From Vulcanimicrobiota bacterium (GTDB lineage Bacteria > Vulcanimicrobiota > Vulcanimicrobiia > Vulcanimicrobiales > Vulcanimicrobiaceae): a stretch of DNA of 64,000 nt. This document shows, piece by piece, positions 27,753-37,445 of the stretch (the first letter of the stretch is position 1; each line of letters begins with the position of its first letter). A program made the translations under genes and the position numbers. Under the pieces are notes generated by a model. That model made no database searches and was not told the origin of the DNA. It was given only the letters and a program-made list of their open reading frames with translations. The stretch lies in contig CAWCIZ010000001.1 in NCBI GenBank assembly GCA_963795855.1, positions 512,001 through 576,000 of the forward strand, in the 5' to 3' direction.

Positions 27753-27818
27753 TCGACAAGTGTATCGGGAAACGGGAAACGTTCCCCACCGACCGAAGGC
27801 CCTGAGCCATTAGTCCAT

Positions 27819-29000
27819 ATGACCGCACTCGCTTCGATTAGCCGCGCGCAGGCTCGGCGGATAGCGCTCGCGGCGCAGCGCTTTTCGTCGCGCGTGCCGG
27901 AAACGATCTCGCCGGCACGTTTGCGCCGCCTCATTGGTGACCTAGGTGCCATACAAATCGATTCCGTGAACGTGCTCGTACGTTCGCAGTATCTTCCGGC
28001 GTTCTCGCGTTTCGGTGCTTACGATCGTGCCCTGTTCGAGAGCGTTGCGTACAAGCGTCCGCGGCGGGTTTTCGAGTATTGGGGACACGAAGCGTCGTAC
28101 TTGCCGGTCGAAACGTTTCCGCTGATGCGATGGCGCATGGAGCGTTCGCGCGCGGGCACGGGAGTTTGGAAAAACGTCGCGCGCGTCGGCCGGGAACGGC
28201 GAGATCTCGTCGCGCAAGTGCGTGAAACGATCGCGGAGCGCGGTCCCATGTGCGCATCGGATTTCGAAACGCCGGCCGATGCGCGCAAAGCGGGACGCAG
28301 CGGCGGCTGGTGGAGCTGGGACGACACCAAGCGCGCGGTGGAGTACTTGTTTTGGTGCGGCGAAATTACGCCGGTAAAACGCCGCAGCAGTTTCGAACGC
28401 GAATACGATTTGACCGAGCGCGTCATTCAGCGGGACATTTACGATGCGCGAGTCGACGACGATTGCGCGCAGGCACGCTTGATGGAGATCGCGGCGCGCG
28501 CATGCGGCGTCGCCGTCGAAGCGGACTTGCGCGACTATTTCCGCTTGCCCGTCGCCGCGTCGAAAGCGGCGATAGCACAACTGATCGAACGCGGACGTCT
28601 GATTCCGGTAAACGTTGAAGGCTGGCGGCAGCAGGCATATCTGCACGCGGAGGCGCGAGTTCCGCGTGCCGTCGAAATCAGCGCGCTGCTCTCGCCGTTC
28701 GACTCGCTTGTTTGGAATCGTGACCGCGCGAAGCGCCTATTCGACTTTCACTATCGGATTGAAATCTACACGCCGGTGCACAAGCGGGTGCATGGGTACT
28801 ACGTTTTGCCGTATCTGCTCGATGAGGCGATCGCCGCTCGAGTTGATTTGAAGGCCGATAGGCGCGGCGGCACGTTGATGGTGCATGCGGTTCATTACGA
28901 ACCGCATGCGGATCGGCGAAAGGTGCGAGCGCGGCTGGTTGAGGATCTGGAAAAGATGAGGGGCTGGCTCGAACTCGATCGGGTGAAGATGCCGCGCTAG
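27819..29000 (+). CDS. YcaQ/AlkZ-like winged-helix DNA crosslink-repair glycosylase family
   Basis: QIDSVNVLVRS, EYWGHEA, LSPFDSL, YRIEIYTP, GYYVLP. Confidence 0.92.
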   Translation: MTALASISRAQARRIALAAQRFSSRVPETISPARLRRLIGDLGAIQIDSVNVLVRSQYLPAFSRFGAYDRALFESVAYKRPRRVFEYWGHEASYLPVETFPLMRWRMERSRAGTGVWKNVARVGRERRDLVAQVRETIAERGPMCASDFETPADARKAGRSGGWWSWDDTKRAVEYLFWCGEITPVKRRSSFEREYDLTERVIQRDIYDARVDDDCAQARLMEIAARACGVAVEADLRDYFRLPVAASKAAIAQLIERGRLIPVNVEGWRQQAYLHAEARVPRAVEISALLSPFDSLVWNRDRAKRLFDFHYRIEIYTPVHKRVHGYYVLPYLLDEAIAARVDLKADRRGGTLMVHAVHYEPHADRRKVRARLVEDLEKMRGWLELDRVKMPR

Positions 29001-29116
29001 GTGCTCATCCGGGGGCCCCAACCGGCGAAGATTACCGCTGGGCTAGCGGGCTGGAGGGCTACGGTCGGACGCCGGATTTCGGCTGGAGCCGGGGCGGAAA
29101 AGGGCTTGAATCGCAT
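28997..29116 (-). CDS. putative 39-aa small protein
   Basis: GAGGAG RBS 5 nt before ATG; MRFKPFSAPAPAEIRRPTVALQPASPAVIFAGWGPRMST. Confidence 0.45.
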   Translation of the reverse strand: MRFKPFSAPAPAEIRRPTVALQPASPAVIFAGWGPRMST

Positions 29117-29271
29117 GGGTTCTCCTCGCTCGGGGACTGGCTACAACTAATTTACTAGTAGTCTACGCCAATGTTTCAGCGAGGTCAACTAAAAAAATAG
29201 TTAGAACCAGCTCCGGCCTCTCCGGGGCCGGCCTACCCGCCGGGCCGGCGCCCTAAGGGATGCGAGATTCC

Positions 29272-29880
29272 CTAGTTCATCTGCGTCGCGTAGAATACGC
29301 CGTTCTGCCAGTAACCGTATGCGGTCACGTAACGGCCCGTTTCCACCCGGCCGGACGTGCGGTTGTCCAGCGCCGGCTGATCGTCGATCGTAATCGTTTG
29401 GCCGTAACCGTTGTTGTAACCGCCGTTGTTGTAACCGCCGTTGTTGTAGCCGCCGTTGTTGTAGCCGCCGTTGTTATAGCCGCCGTTGTTATAGCCGCCG
29501 TTTTGCCGGCGGATCGTCACTTGATTGCCGTTGACTGCAACGATCTGCCCGGTAATGACGGAATTTCCGCGCGCCTGACCGGCGCAATTGCCGTAACCAC
29601 CGTACTGACCGTTTTGTCCGTACTGGCGGTTTTGACCGTACTGACCGTTTTGCCCGTATTGTCCGTATCCGCCGTTGTTGTAGCGGCCGTTATCGTCGTT
29701 GTCGCTATCGTTGTCGCCGCGCTGGCGGCCGTACTGCCCCGGAGCGCACTGGTTGTTCTGCCGGCGATTTTGATGGTGATGTCCGTACTGATGTCCGGAA
29801 TTCTCTTGCGCGCCTGCGACGCTCCATGCGGAAGCGGCCGTCATGAGAGCGGCAAGCAGCGTTACTCCGACCTTGTTCAT
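29272..29880 (-). CDS. secreted G/Y/N/Q-rich repeat protein with OB-fold-like C-terminus
   Basis: Signal peptide MNKVGVTLLAALMTAASAWSVAGA; GQYGQN and GGYNN repeats. Confidence 0.85.
   Translation of the reverse strand: MNKVGVTLLAALMTAASAWSVAGAQENSGHQYGHHHQNRRQNNQCAPGQYGRQRGDNDSDNDDNGRYNNGGYGQYGQNGQYGQNRQYGQNGQYGGYGNCAGQARGNSVITGQIVAVNGNQVTIRRQNGGYNNGGYNNGGYNNGGYNNGGYNNGGYNNGYGQTITIDDQPALDNRTSGRVETGRYVTAYGYWQNGVFYATQMN
29410..29499 (-). repeat. 6 x 15-bp coding tandem repeat (GGYNN)
   Basis: + strand units gttgttgtaaccgcc x2, gttgttgtagccgcc x2, gttgttatagccgcc x2. Confidence 0.95.
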
Positions 29881-29907
29881 GTGAGGCACCCCTTTCGGTG
29901 CTCGGAT

Positions 29908-29934
29908 AACGTCGCCGCGGAACGGCGCAGTTCC
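29908..29934 (-). promoter_or_regulatory. possible ECF-sigma promoter
   Basis: GGAAC-N18-CGTT upstream of the 29880 start. Confidence 0.35.
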
Positions 29935-30022
29935 GAGAATTTCCTGAGAAAGGCTGGTCACATCGTTCGAGGGCGCGCGCGTTATGTGCGCATGCGGTAC
30001 CCAAGCGCTTGTCGAGCACGTC

Positions 30023-30519
30023 ATGATTGCGCCGCCTGCGCCGGCGCAAACGCCCCAAATCGCGCGGACCGGCACGCTGAGCCTGTACGTTCAGAACGTC
30101 GACAGGGCCATAAGCGACTTGTCGCGCGCCGCGCGAACCAACGGCGGCGACGTGTTTTCCTCGAACGTCGAGAACGGCGATTCGTCGTGACGGGCGACAT
30201 CACGGATTCGGATGCGCGGCTACGCAATCTGCGTCAAACCGAAGCGGACATTCGCCGCATCATGGACCGGTCCGGCAATATTTCGCAAATAATGGATGCG
30301 GAGAACCAGCTTTCGCGCGTGCGCGAGGAAATCGAAACGCTCGAGTCGGACATCAAGTGGATGCGCGGTCGCGTTGCGTACGCCAACATCTTTGTGAACC
30401 TCGCGGCAGAAGCGACGAACCCGGCGGTGCAGCCGACGGCGGCATCCCAACTCACGCGGCGCGCTCGTCTGGTTTGCTTCCACACGGCGACGCCGCCCGC
30501 CGCAGTAATCGTGCCGTGA
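30023..30519 (+). pseudogene. DUF4349-like remnant
   Basis: QIARTGTLSLYV...GGDVFSS then stop; DITDSDARLRNL...LSRVREEIE...RVAYANI in another frame; middle section and signal appear to be missing. Confidence 0.7.
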
Positions 30520-31352
30520 ACCAAGCGGAAAAAGGCGCGCGCTTTCGAGCGCTGCACGAGCGCGCGGGCGCGTTCGTCATCCCAAATCCGTGGGATGCGG
30601 GCACGGCGCGAATACTGACGGAGTTGGGCTTCGAAGCGCTTACGACGACGAGCGCCGGATTGGCGTTTTCGCTCGGCCGGCGCGACGGCTTCGGGCTCGT
30701 GACGCGGCACGAAACGCTTGCAAATGCGAAGGCGATCGTCGAGGCGACGGAGTTGCCCGTCGCTGCCGATTTGGAAAACGGTTTCGGCGACGAACCCGAG
30801 GCAGTTGCCGAAACGGTGCGTCTTGCAGCCGAAGTTGGCTTGGTAGGCGCATCGATCGAAGACACGACGGGCCACCCCTCGCGGCCGATTTACGCATTCA
30901 ATCATTCCGTCGAGCGAATCGCGGCGGCGGCAGAAGCCGCGCGTGCGCTGCCCGTTCCGTTCGTGCTGGTCGCCCGCGCGGAAAACTTTCTGCACGGACG
31001 GCGCGATCTCGACGATACGATTTGCCGGCTGCAAGCCTTTGAGCGGGCCGGCGCCGACGCGTTGTACGCACCGGGTCTGACGAACGCCGAACACATTCGA
31101 ACCGTCTGCCAAAGCGTCAGCAAACCGGTGAACGCGATTGTGGGCCTGCGCGGCGCTGCGTTTTCAGTGGAGGAACTCGCAGCACTCGGCGTACGGAGAA
31201 TCAGCGTCGGGTCCGCTCTGAGCCGAGCGGCCTTGGGCGCGTTCGTTCGTGCTGCGCGCGAGATGCGCGACCGCGGCACGTTCGAGTTCGCACTCGATGC
31301 GATTCCGTACGCCGATGCGCAGGAGTTGTTTCTACGGCCACCCCTTCATTGA
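30516..31352 (+). CDS. isocitrate lyase/PEP mutase family protein
   Basis: PNPWDAGTA, TTSAG, ADLENGFG, SIED, ARAE. Confidence 0.92.
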   Translation: MNQAEKGARFRALHERAGAFVIPNPWDAGTARILTELGFEALTTTSAGLAFSLGRRDGFGLVTRHETLANAKAIVEATELPVAADLENGFGDEPEAVAETVRLAAEVGLVGASIEDTTGHPSRPIYAFNHSVERIAAAAEAARALPVPFVLVARAENFLHGRRDLDDTICRLQAFERAGADALYAPGLTNAEHIRTVCQSVSKPVNAIVGLRGAAFSVEELAALGVRRISVGSALSRAALGAFVRAAREMRDRGTFEFALDAIPYADAQELFLRPPLH

Positions 31353-32804
31353 GGTTGCGAACGGCGGCAGTTTGAACGTCGCAGTGCACTTGTCGACGTC
31401 CAATCCCTTCGCGGAGCGTTGCCGGATGAATTGCAGCATGATCGCGTTGGTGCAAGCGGTGTCTGCTCCGTGACCGCCGCCTTTCACGAGCACCGCCTTG
31501 CCGTTCGGGAGGTAGCGCAGCGCCCGTTCTCCGTATTGCGGAGGCGTAGCGGGGTCGTCCGAGCCCAGAATCATCAGCACCGGCGCGGTGCTTCGAACGG
31601 CATCGTTGAAGGCGCGCGGCATCGCCGGCACGTTCCACGTCGCGCACGCCTGCCGCTGCGCCCGAATTCGCAAGTCGCCGGCGAACGAGTGCGCCCTGGC
31701 GTTGGCGACGTCGGCGGGCGAAAGAAACGGCATCCAATCCGCGCAGGTGTACGAGAGAAACGCGCCCATGTTGAGATCGCCGGCGAAGCCGAGCGAGACG
31801 GTTTGAATCATGTTTCCGAGCGGCGCGTAATCGCTGCGATACGCGCGCTCGATGATGTACGGTAAAAAGGCCGACGCGATCGGGACGTACAGCACATGCC
31901 GAACTTGATCGACGAAGACTTCCTTCGAAAGCGTTACCATTTGCGGGCGTTTCGTGACCGGATTTTGGACCGGTACGCGAAGCCCGGCGCCCACCCGCCG
32001 AAGCACCGCGGTAAAATGGTCGCGGAATTGCGGGAAGTTGCGTTTGCAAGCAGCGTCGGAGTTGCACTTGCCTATGAGATCGTCGAGCGCGCTCTGCGCC
32101 CCCATGGGCTCACCCGGCAGCGGTTGAAAATGCGGCGGCGAAACGCCGTCGAGTACGGCACTCTCGACGCTGTCCGGGTGCCTGCGCATATAGACGAGCG
32201 AAAGAAACGTACCATACGAGCCGCCGTCGAGGATCAGCCGCCGATAGCCGAGTGCGGCGCGCACGTCGTTGAGATCGTCGGCGGCGTTCTGCGTGTTGTA
32301 ATCTTTCAGGTCGTGAGATGCTACGCTTTTGGTCCGGCATTTCGCGACGAGTTTATTCGGGAAGAGCTCGCGAAAATAGGAGGCGGGATTGCCCGCCGGC
32401 GTAAAATCGCACGCAAACGGGTTTGATTTGCCCATGCCGCGATCGTCGACGAAAAGAAAGTCGTAGGAGTCGTGCAGCGACACACGCGCTTTGCCGAGAT
32501 AACCGTCGAGCAGAAAACCCGCGAAGTCCGTCGCTGACTCGCCTGGGCCTCCTGCGATTTCCGCGATGACGTCATGATGCGTTGGATGCTTCGCCTTGAG
32601 CAGGATGACGGAGAGTTCGATGACGCGGCCGGTGTTTGCGCCGCGATCCTCGTACACGCCGAACGTTCCGCACTGCGCGGGAACCTTGATCCTTCCTTGC
32701 GTGCATGGCGCGAGATGCAAGCCCAGTGCCGGCGCGGCTGAAACCGGATGTGTTAGCGCAACGGACACGAGGCCCGCTGCCGCGAGCATGATGCGTAAGC
32801 GCAT
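31332..32804 (-). CDS. secreted alpha/beta hydrolase (TAP-like aminopeptidase family)
   Basis: GGPG, DDRG, GGSYG, DPATP, GGH; signal peptide. Confidence 0.88.
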   Translation of the reverse strand: MRLRIMLAAAGLVSVALTHPVSAAPALGLHLAPCTQGRIKVPAQCGTFGVYEDRGANTGRVIELSVILLKAKHPTHHDVIAEIAGGPGESATDFAGFLLDGYLGKARVSLHDSYDFLFVDDRGMGKSNPFACDFTPAGNPASYFRELFPNKLVAKCRTKSVASHDLKDYNTQNAADDLNDVRAALGYRRLILDGGSYGTFLSLVYMRRHPDSVESAVLDGVSPPHFQPLPGEPMGAQSALDDLIGKCNSDAACKRNFPQFRDHFTAVLRRVGAGLRVPVQNPVTKRPQMVTLSKEVFVDQVRHVLYVPIASAFLPYIIERAYRSDYAPLGNMIQTVSLGFAGDLNMGAFLSYTCADWMPFLSPADVANARAHSFAGDLRIRAQRQACATWNVPAMPRAFNDAVRSTAPVLMILGSDDPATPPQYGERALRYLPNGKAVLVKGGGHGADTACTNAIMLQFIRQRSAKGLDVDKCTATFKLPPFATSMKGWP

Positions 32805-32810
32805 ATTGTC

Positions 32811-33386
32811 CTAATCCTTTCGGTGTCTGCGGATAATTTGATACAGACCGGCGCCGGTGCTCATCGATGGAATGAGGCCGACGATAAGCAACCATTCATA
32901 GAGCGGCAATCGCGATGAGTAGCCGAGGAACGTCGGAACGACGATCGCGGCAATGAAAAACAACGAACTCCAAAGCGCAAGGCGTATGCCGCCCGATCGT
33001 ACGGCGCTCGCGAGGATGGCGCCGAATAGCGCGGCGTTCAACCATTCAGCGGAGAAAAGAGCCCACATCGGACTGCGGGATCCGCCGAATGCCGCGAGCA
33101 GCAGATGCTGAATCGGCTCGACTGCGAGCAGCATGGCGACGAGCACCGCAAGCGCTACTGATGCCGTGACGAGTCCGGTGGCAATCGATCGATGCAGCCG
33201 CGAATAGGAGAGCAGCGATGGGATCGAACGAAGCGCTTGCGACCAATACCAGCGATTAGCGGCAGCTTCGCCCGCGCAGTGCGTGAGCCGCACGTATTCT
33301 TCGTGCAGATCGCCGGCGACGCTTTCATAATCATTCGGAGGCGCAGTTGCCGCAACGAGCGCTTGCGCAAGGACCGGTGGCGTCAT
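32811..33386 (-). CDS. PadR-associated membrane protein
   Basis: GDLHEEY...WYWSQ prefix motif followed by 4 TM segments; coupled to PadR gene. Confidence 0.75.
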   Translation of the reverse strand: MTPPVLAQALVAATAPPNDYESVAGDLHEEYVRLTHCAGEAAANRWYWSQALRSIPSLLSYSRLHRSIATGLVTASVALAVLVAMLLAVEPIQHLLLAAFGGSRSPMWALFSAEWLNAALFGAILASAVRSGGIRLALWSSLFFIAAIVVPTFLGYSSRLPLYEWLLIVGLIPSMSTGAGLYQIIRRHRKD

Positions 33387-33715
33387 GCGTTCATCCCGCG
33401 CAATGACAGACCGGCATGCAGACGTTCCATCGTCCGCCTCGCTGCTTTGAGCGCTTTGACGCCCGCCGCCTCTACTTTGAAATGACGCTTCGCTTTACCG
33501 CCGCGTTCTGCGGTCGGCTCGCCGATCCACGAGGAGACGAAACGTTTGCGTTCCAGTCGCTCGAGCGTCGCGTGCACCGCGCCGATCGCCGGCGATCTGC
33601 CCGTCGCGGATTCGATTTCGGCTCGAATCAGTGCGCCGTGCGCGCCGTCGCCGAGACGAAGCACCGCCAGCAATACGATATGCTCGAACTCGCCGAGATA
33701 ATCGCCTTTCGCCAT
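33383..33715 (-). CDS. PadR family regulator
   Basis: LGEFEHIVLLA, GAVHATLERLE, ERGGKAKRHF. Confidence 0.9.
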   Translation of the reverse strand: MAKGDYLGEFEHIVLLAVLRLGDGAHGALIRAEIESATGRSPAIGAVHATLERLERKRFVSSWIGEPTAERGGKAKRHFKVEAAGVKALKAARRTMERLHAGLSLRGMNA

Positions 33716-33749
33716 ATTCTCTGCATAATAGAAAATATGGATGCGAAAG

Positions 33750-34622
33750 TCAAGCCTCGCTGCGAGTCCAGTCTGGACCGAGAATGCGAGAAAGGGCGCG
33801 ATCCGCGAGGATCTTTCCACCCGTTTGGCAGCGCGCGCAATAATTGGTTTCGTTGTCCGCATACCGAATGCGGCGCACTTTGTCGCCGCACCGGGGGCAC
33901 GGCTTGCCGTACCGCCCGTGCACGGCCATCTCTTCCCGAAACGCGGTGACTTTCTCGGGAAAGCGGTCGGACTCCGAACGCAGACGATCGATCCACAACT
34001 GCAGCGTGGCGCGCGTCGCGTCAAACAAGTTCGCCCACTGCGCGTCCGTCATTTTTTGCGTGAGCAAGATTGGCGATAGTCGCGCTGCGTGCAAGGTTTC
34101 GTCGGAATAGGCGTTGCCAATTCCGTCGATGACGTGGGGGTCGGTGAGGGCGCGCTTGAGCGTATGGTTCTCGGCGCTGAGCGCGCGCCGGAATTGATCC
34201 AACGTGCAGGAGAAGACGTCGATACCGCCAGGATTCAACGACTGCAGCCCTTCCTCGCCGCTGACGACGTGCAGCGAGGCGCGATGCTTCGACCCCGCCT
34301 CCGTGAGCGTCAGCGTTCCATTTGGAAAATCGAATGCCGCGAGTGCGTTTCTTCCGCCCAGAGTCGCACCGCGCGATTTCCAGTGCAGCCGTCCGGCGAT
34401 CATGAGGTGCAGCACCAGCCACGCGTCGCCGTCCACGCCGATGGCGATGCGTTTGCCGATGCGCCGCAGGTGGCGCACGGTTCGGCCCTCGATGCTCGCG
34501 AGAGGCGGATCTGCCGTGCGCAACAGAAAGGGACTGCCGAGTCTAACGCGCTCGAGCGGTTGGCTCAGAATCCGGAGCTCGAGAGCGCTGAGATAGGCAA
34601 CGATGTCGGGCAGTTCAGGCAC
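33750..34622 (-). CDS. Fpg/Nei family DNA glycosylase
   Basis: PELPD start, HLMIAG, GIGNAY, CPRC...CARCQ zinc finger. Confidence 0.93.
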   Translation of the reverse strand: MPELPDIVAYLSALELRILSQPLERVRLGSPFLLRTADPPLASIEGRTVRHLRRIGKRIAIGVDGDAWLVLHLMIAGRLHWKSRGATLGGRNALAAFDFPNGTLTLTEAGSKHRASLHVVSGEEGLQSLNPGGIDVFSCTLDQFRRALSAENHTLKRALTDPHVIDGIGNAYSDETLHAARLSPILLTQKMTDAQWANLFDATRATLQLWIDRLRSESDRFPEKVTAFREEMAVHGRYGKPCPRCGDKVRRIRYADNETNYCARCQTGGKILADRALSRILGPDWTRSEA

Positions 34623-34753
34623 GTCGTAGGGTTGCCGGCAGGCACGGCGCGCGTCCTTTCCGCGAGGCGGCGCGGGTCGATTCTGAAGTGTACTTGCTTT
34701 TTGCAAGTGACGGGTTTATAATCCGCGCATAGCTCGTCACGAGGAGAAGAGTC

Positions 34754-35161
34754 ATGCAAACTGCTCTCACAGGTTACTCGCCCTCGAACGCAACTTTGTG
34801 GACGGCTCGCGCGATCGCCGCACTTGTCATCCTTTTCTGGCTATTCGACGCCGTCGGTCACATGCTCAAACCAGCGCCGGTAGTCGACGCATTTGCGCGT
34901 CAAGGGGTGGCGCTCGGTCTCTCCGCGCCAATCGGCGTTTTGCAGCTGCTGTTGTTGGCGGCATACCTGTTTCCGCGCACGCGTCTGCTCGGCGCCGTTC
35001 TAATGACCGGCTATCTAGGGGGAGCGACGGCGATCAATCTGCGCGCCGGCGATCCCGCGTTCGAAGTGCTTTTCCCGATCATCTTTGGGATCCTGATTTG
35101 GGGGCCGCCGTACCTACTCGATGAACGGTGTCGCGCGATCTTCCGTTTCGAACGCGCGTGA
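34754..35161 (+). CDS. DoxX family membrane protein
   Basis: PRTRLLGAVLMTGYLGGA; GAGGAG RBS. Confidence 0.88.
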   Translation: MQTALTGYSPSNATLWTARAIAALVILFWLFDAVGHMLKPAPVVDAFARQGVALGLSAPIGVLQLLLLAAYLFPRTRLLGAVLMTGYLGGATAINLRAGDPAFEVLFPIIFGILIWGPPYLLDERCRAIFRFERA

Positions 35162-35502
35162 GCGTCGACGAGTATATCGCGGCGCAGTCCGCTGACGTTC
35201 AAGGAGCGCTTGCGCGTGTGCGCGCCGCGATACGACGCGCGGCGCCCTCCGCGCAGGAAGTCATCTCGTACAATATGCCGACGTACAAGAAGGGCGGCGA
35301 GACGTTTCTGCAATTTGCGGCGTGGAAGGAACACTACGCGTTGTATCTCGCGACTGCTCCACTCGTGGAATCGTTCAAAGATGAGTTGAAAAACTGCAAG
35401 ATCGACAAGGGCACAATTCGGTTTTCTTTTTCCGATCCGGTACCTGAAGCACTCATCGAGCGCATCGTCAAGTTTCAGTTGAGCTCGCTAAAAGCCAGTT
35501 AG
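35158..35502 (+). CDS. DUF1801 (YdhG-like) protein
   Basis: VDEYIA, EVISYNMPTY, KGTIRF, LIERIVK. Confidence 0.88.
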   Translation: MSVDEYIAAQSADVQGALARVRAAIRRAAPSAQEVISYNMPTYKKGGETFLQFAAWKEHYALYLATAPLVESFKDELKNCKIDKGTIRFSFSDPVPEALIERIVKFQLSSLKAS

Positions 35503-37097
35503 CGCGGGACGACGTCCCAGTCTTCGCTATTGGAAAATTCAAACAGCATGTTGGGCTTCCACGCGCGTACAGCCGGGTTAGCCGCCGAATAATCGCCGCG
35601 ATAGACGAGGGGCACGAAAACGGACGCGTCAGCGAGCCGGCGCTGCATGGCATCGAAGACCGGTCGCCGCGCTTCGCGCTCCATCAGCAGTGATTGCTGT
35701 ACGAAAAGACGATCGTAGCCCGGATCGCAATAGCGCGCAGCGTTGGGACCGTTCGGTGCGACGCGATCGCACGTCCAGAACTCGCTCTGCTCCGGATCGC
35801 TTCCTCCATAAAATCCGGTGATCGCCAGGTTGAAGCGCCCGCCATAGTAGACGCCGTCCGGTACGGCGTAGAAAAGACTCGTCGGATACCCGCGAATCGT
35901 CGCATCGACGCCGATGCGGCCGAGATTCTCTTGAACTACGGTCGCGACGCGACGGCCTTCCTCGTTGGGCGCTTCGTACGCGACGTCGACGGTGAGCGTG
36001 CGTCCGGATTTCGCACGACCATTGCCCGCGCGTTTCCAGCCTGCCGCATCCAGTTCGCGACCTGCCGCGACGGGATCGTATGGTGGCGCCCGTACGGATG
36101 GGTCGTGCGCCCACAGGACCGGCGCGATTTCGGTCGTCGCGACGGGCCACAGGCCGCGGTAGACGGTACGTGCTATTTGAGCGCGATCGATTGCCTGAAG
36201 TAAAGCTCGGCGCACCTTTGGATCGTCGGTCGGAAATCGATGCATCTGGAAGAGCGCATATGCGATATGATTCTTGCCCGTTCGCGTCAATGTCGCTGCC
36301 AGCGTCGAGCGGCTTTGCACGACTTGATCGTTGGTCAGATAGTCGTCGACGTCTATCGCGTGCGTGCGAATGAGCATGAGTTCGGTATTTCTATCCGGGA
36401 CAATCTTGATGACGAGTTCGCGCAGGAGAGGCTTGCGCCATGCGTACGGATTCGGTTCGAGAACGATTTGCTCGCCGCGGTTCCAACGCATGACGCGGAA
36501 CGGTCCCGTGCCGTAAGGCCGGTCGTTCCATGCTGCTCGCGAAATGTTGGTGCTGGTAAACGCGTGCGCCGGAAGTATGCCGTAAATAAAGTCGCTTTCG
36601 GCGAAGAGCGCGGTCACGGCGGCGGCCCACGGACGACGCAAATGCAGGACGACGGTGTATGGATCCGGTGTGTCCAGACGCGCGATCTCGCGATACGGCT
36701 GGGCTTCCGTCACCGGGTTTCGCGGATCGAGAATCGCTCGGTACGTGAATGCGACGTCAGCGGACGTCAGCGGCGTGCCGTCTGCGAAACGGACGCCATG
36801 ACGCAGGCGATAGGTTACCATTCGGCCGCCGCGCGAAATGTCGCCGTTTGCTACGGTTGGTACGCGGGATGCAAGAACGGGAACGAGTTCGTTGCGTTGA
36901 TTCAGACCCAGCAGCGGCTCGGCATAGAGCTGCGTGATGTCGATATCAGGCTGGTCCAGCGCGAAGAGAGGATTGAGTGACGACGGATCGTTGGCTCGAA
37001 CGATGGTCATCTCGTGGGGTGTTCCCCAGCCGCGTGCGTTCGTTACGCGGCTACATGCCGCGCTCACCACGAGCAGAGCGAGGAGCAGCCACCGCAT
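35499..37097 (-). CDS. peptide/nickel ABC transporter substrate-binding lipoprotein (family 5)
   Basis: Lipobox SAAC; FADGTPLTSADVAFT, GTGPF, VRRALLQAIDR. Confidence 0.92.
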   Translation of the reverse strand: MRWLLLALLVVSAACSRVTNARGWGTPHEMTIVRANDPSSLNPLFALDQPDIDITQLYAEPLLGLNQRNELVPVLASRVPTVANGDISRGGRMVTYRLRHGVRFADGTPLTSADVAFTYRAILDPRNPVTEAQPYREIARLDTPDPYTVVLHLRRPWAAAVTALFAESDFIYGILPAHAFTSTNISRAAWNDRPYGTGPFRVMRWNRGEQIVLEPNPYAWRKPLLRELVIKIVPDRNTELMLIRTHAIDVDDYLTNDQVVQSRSTLAATLTRTGKNHIAYALFQMHRFPTDDPKVRRALLQAIDRAQIARTVYRGLWPVATTEIAPVLWAHDPSVRAPPYDPVAAGRELDAAGWKRAGNGRAKSGRTLTVDVAYEAPNEEGRRVATVVQENLGRIGVDATIRGYPTSLFYAVPDGVYYGGRFNLAITGFYGGSDPEQSEFWTCDRVAPNGPNAARYCDPGYDRLFVQQSLLMEREARRPVFDAMQRRLADASVFVPLVYRGDYSAANPAVRAWKPNMLFEFSNSEDWDVVPR

Positions 37098-37190
37098 CTA
37101 GTTCATAAAGGACGGATCGCCGTTCGCATTGGTTCTGCACTTCAATCGGCCGATAATGGAGTCCTCGAACCAAGGCGTCATAAGCTGCTT

Positions 37191-37403
37191 TTAGCGCCCA
37201 CCCGTCACGACAAACAGATACTTGCCCTCAACGGCTGGCAGAAGACTTCGGGTTAAACGTAGAGTCGCGCACCGTTTGTACGCGGCCTCGTACCCCCAGA
37301 TCGCTCCTTGCACGTTTGCGCACGATGTTTGTGGAACCTTGGAATCCGCATCCGCTCGCGTACCGCAGCAAACAATGAACATCGCGACCAGCGCTAGGAT
37401 CAC
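37191..37403 (-). CDS. possible small exported protein (may be frameshifted)
   Basis: Signal-like MILALVAMFIVCC; short; weak support. Confidence 0.3.
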   Translation of the reverse strand: MILALVAMFIVCCGTRADADSKVPQTSCANVQGAIWGYEAAYKRCATLRLTRSLLPAVEGKYLFVVTGGR

Positions 37404-37445
37404 GTCGCACGAATAGGAAATGACACATCAGATTCGTTCGCTGCT

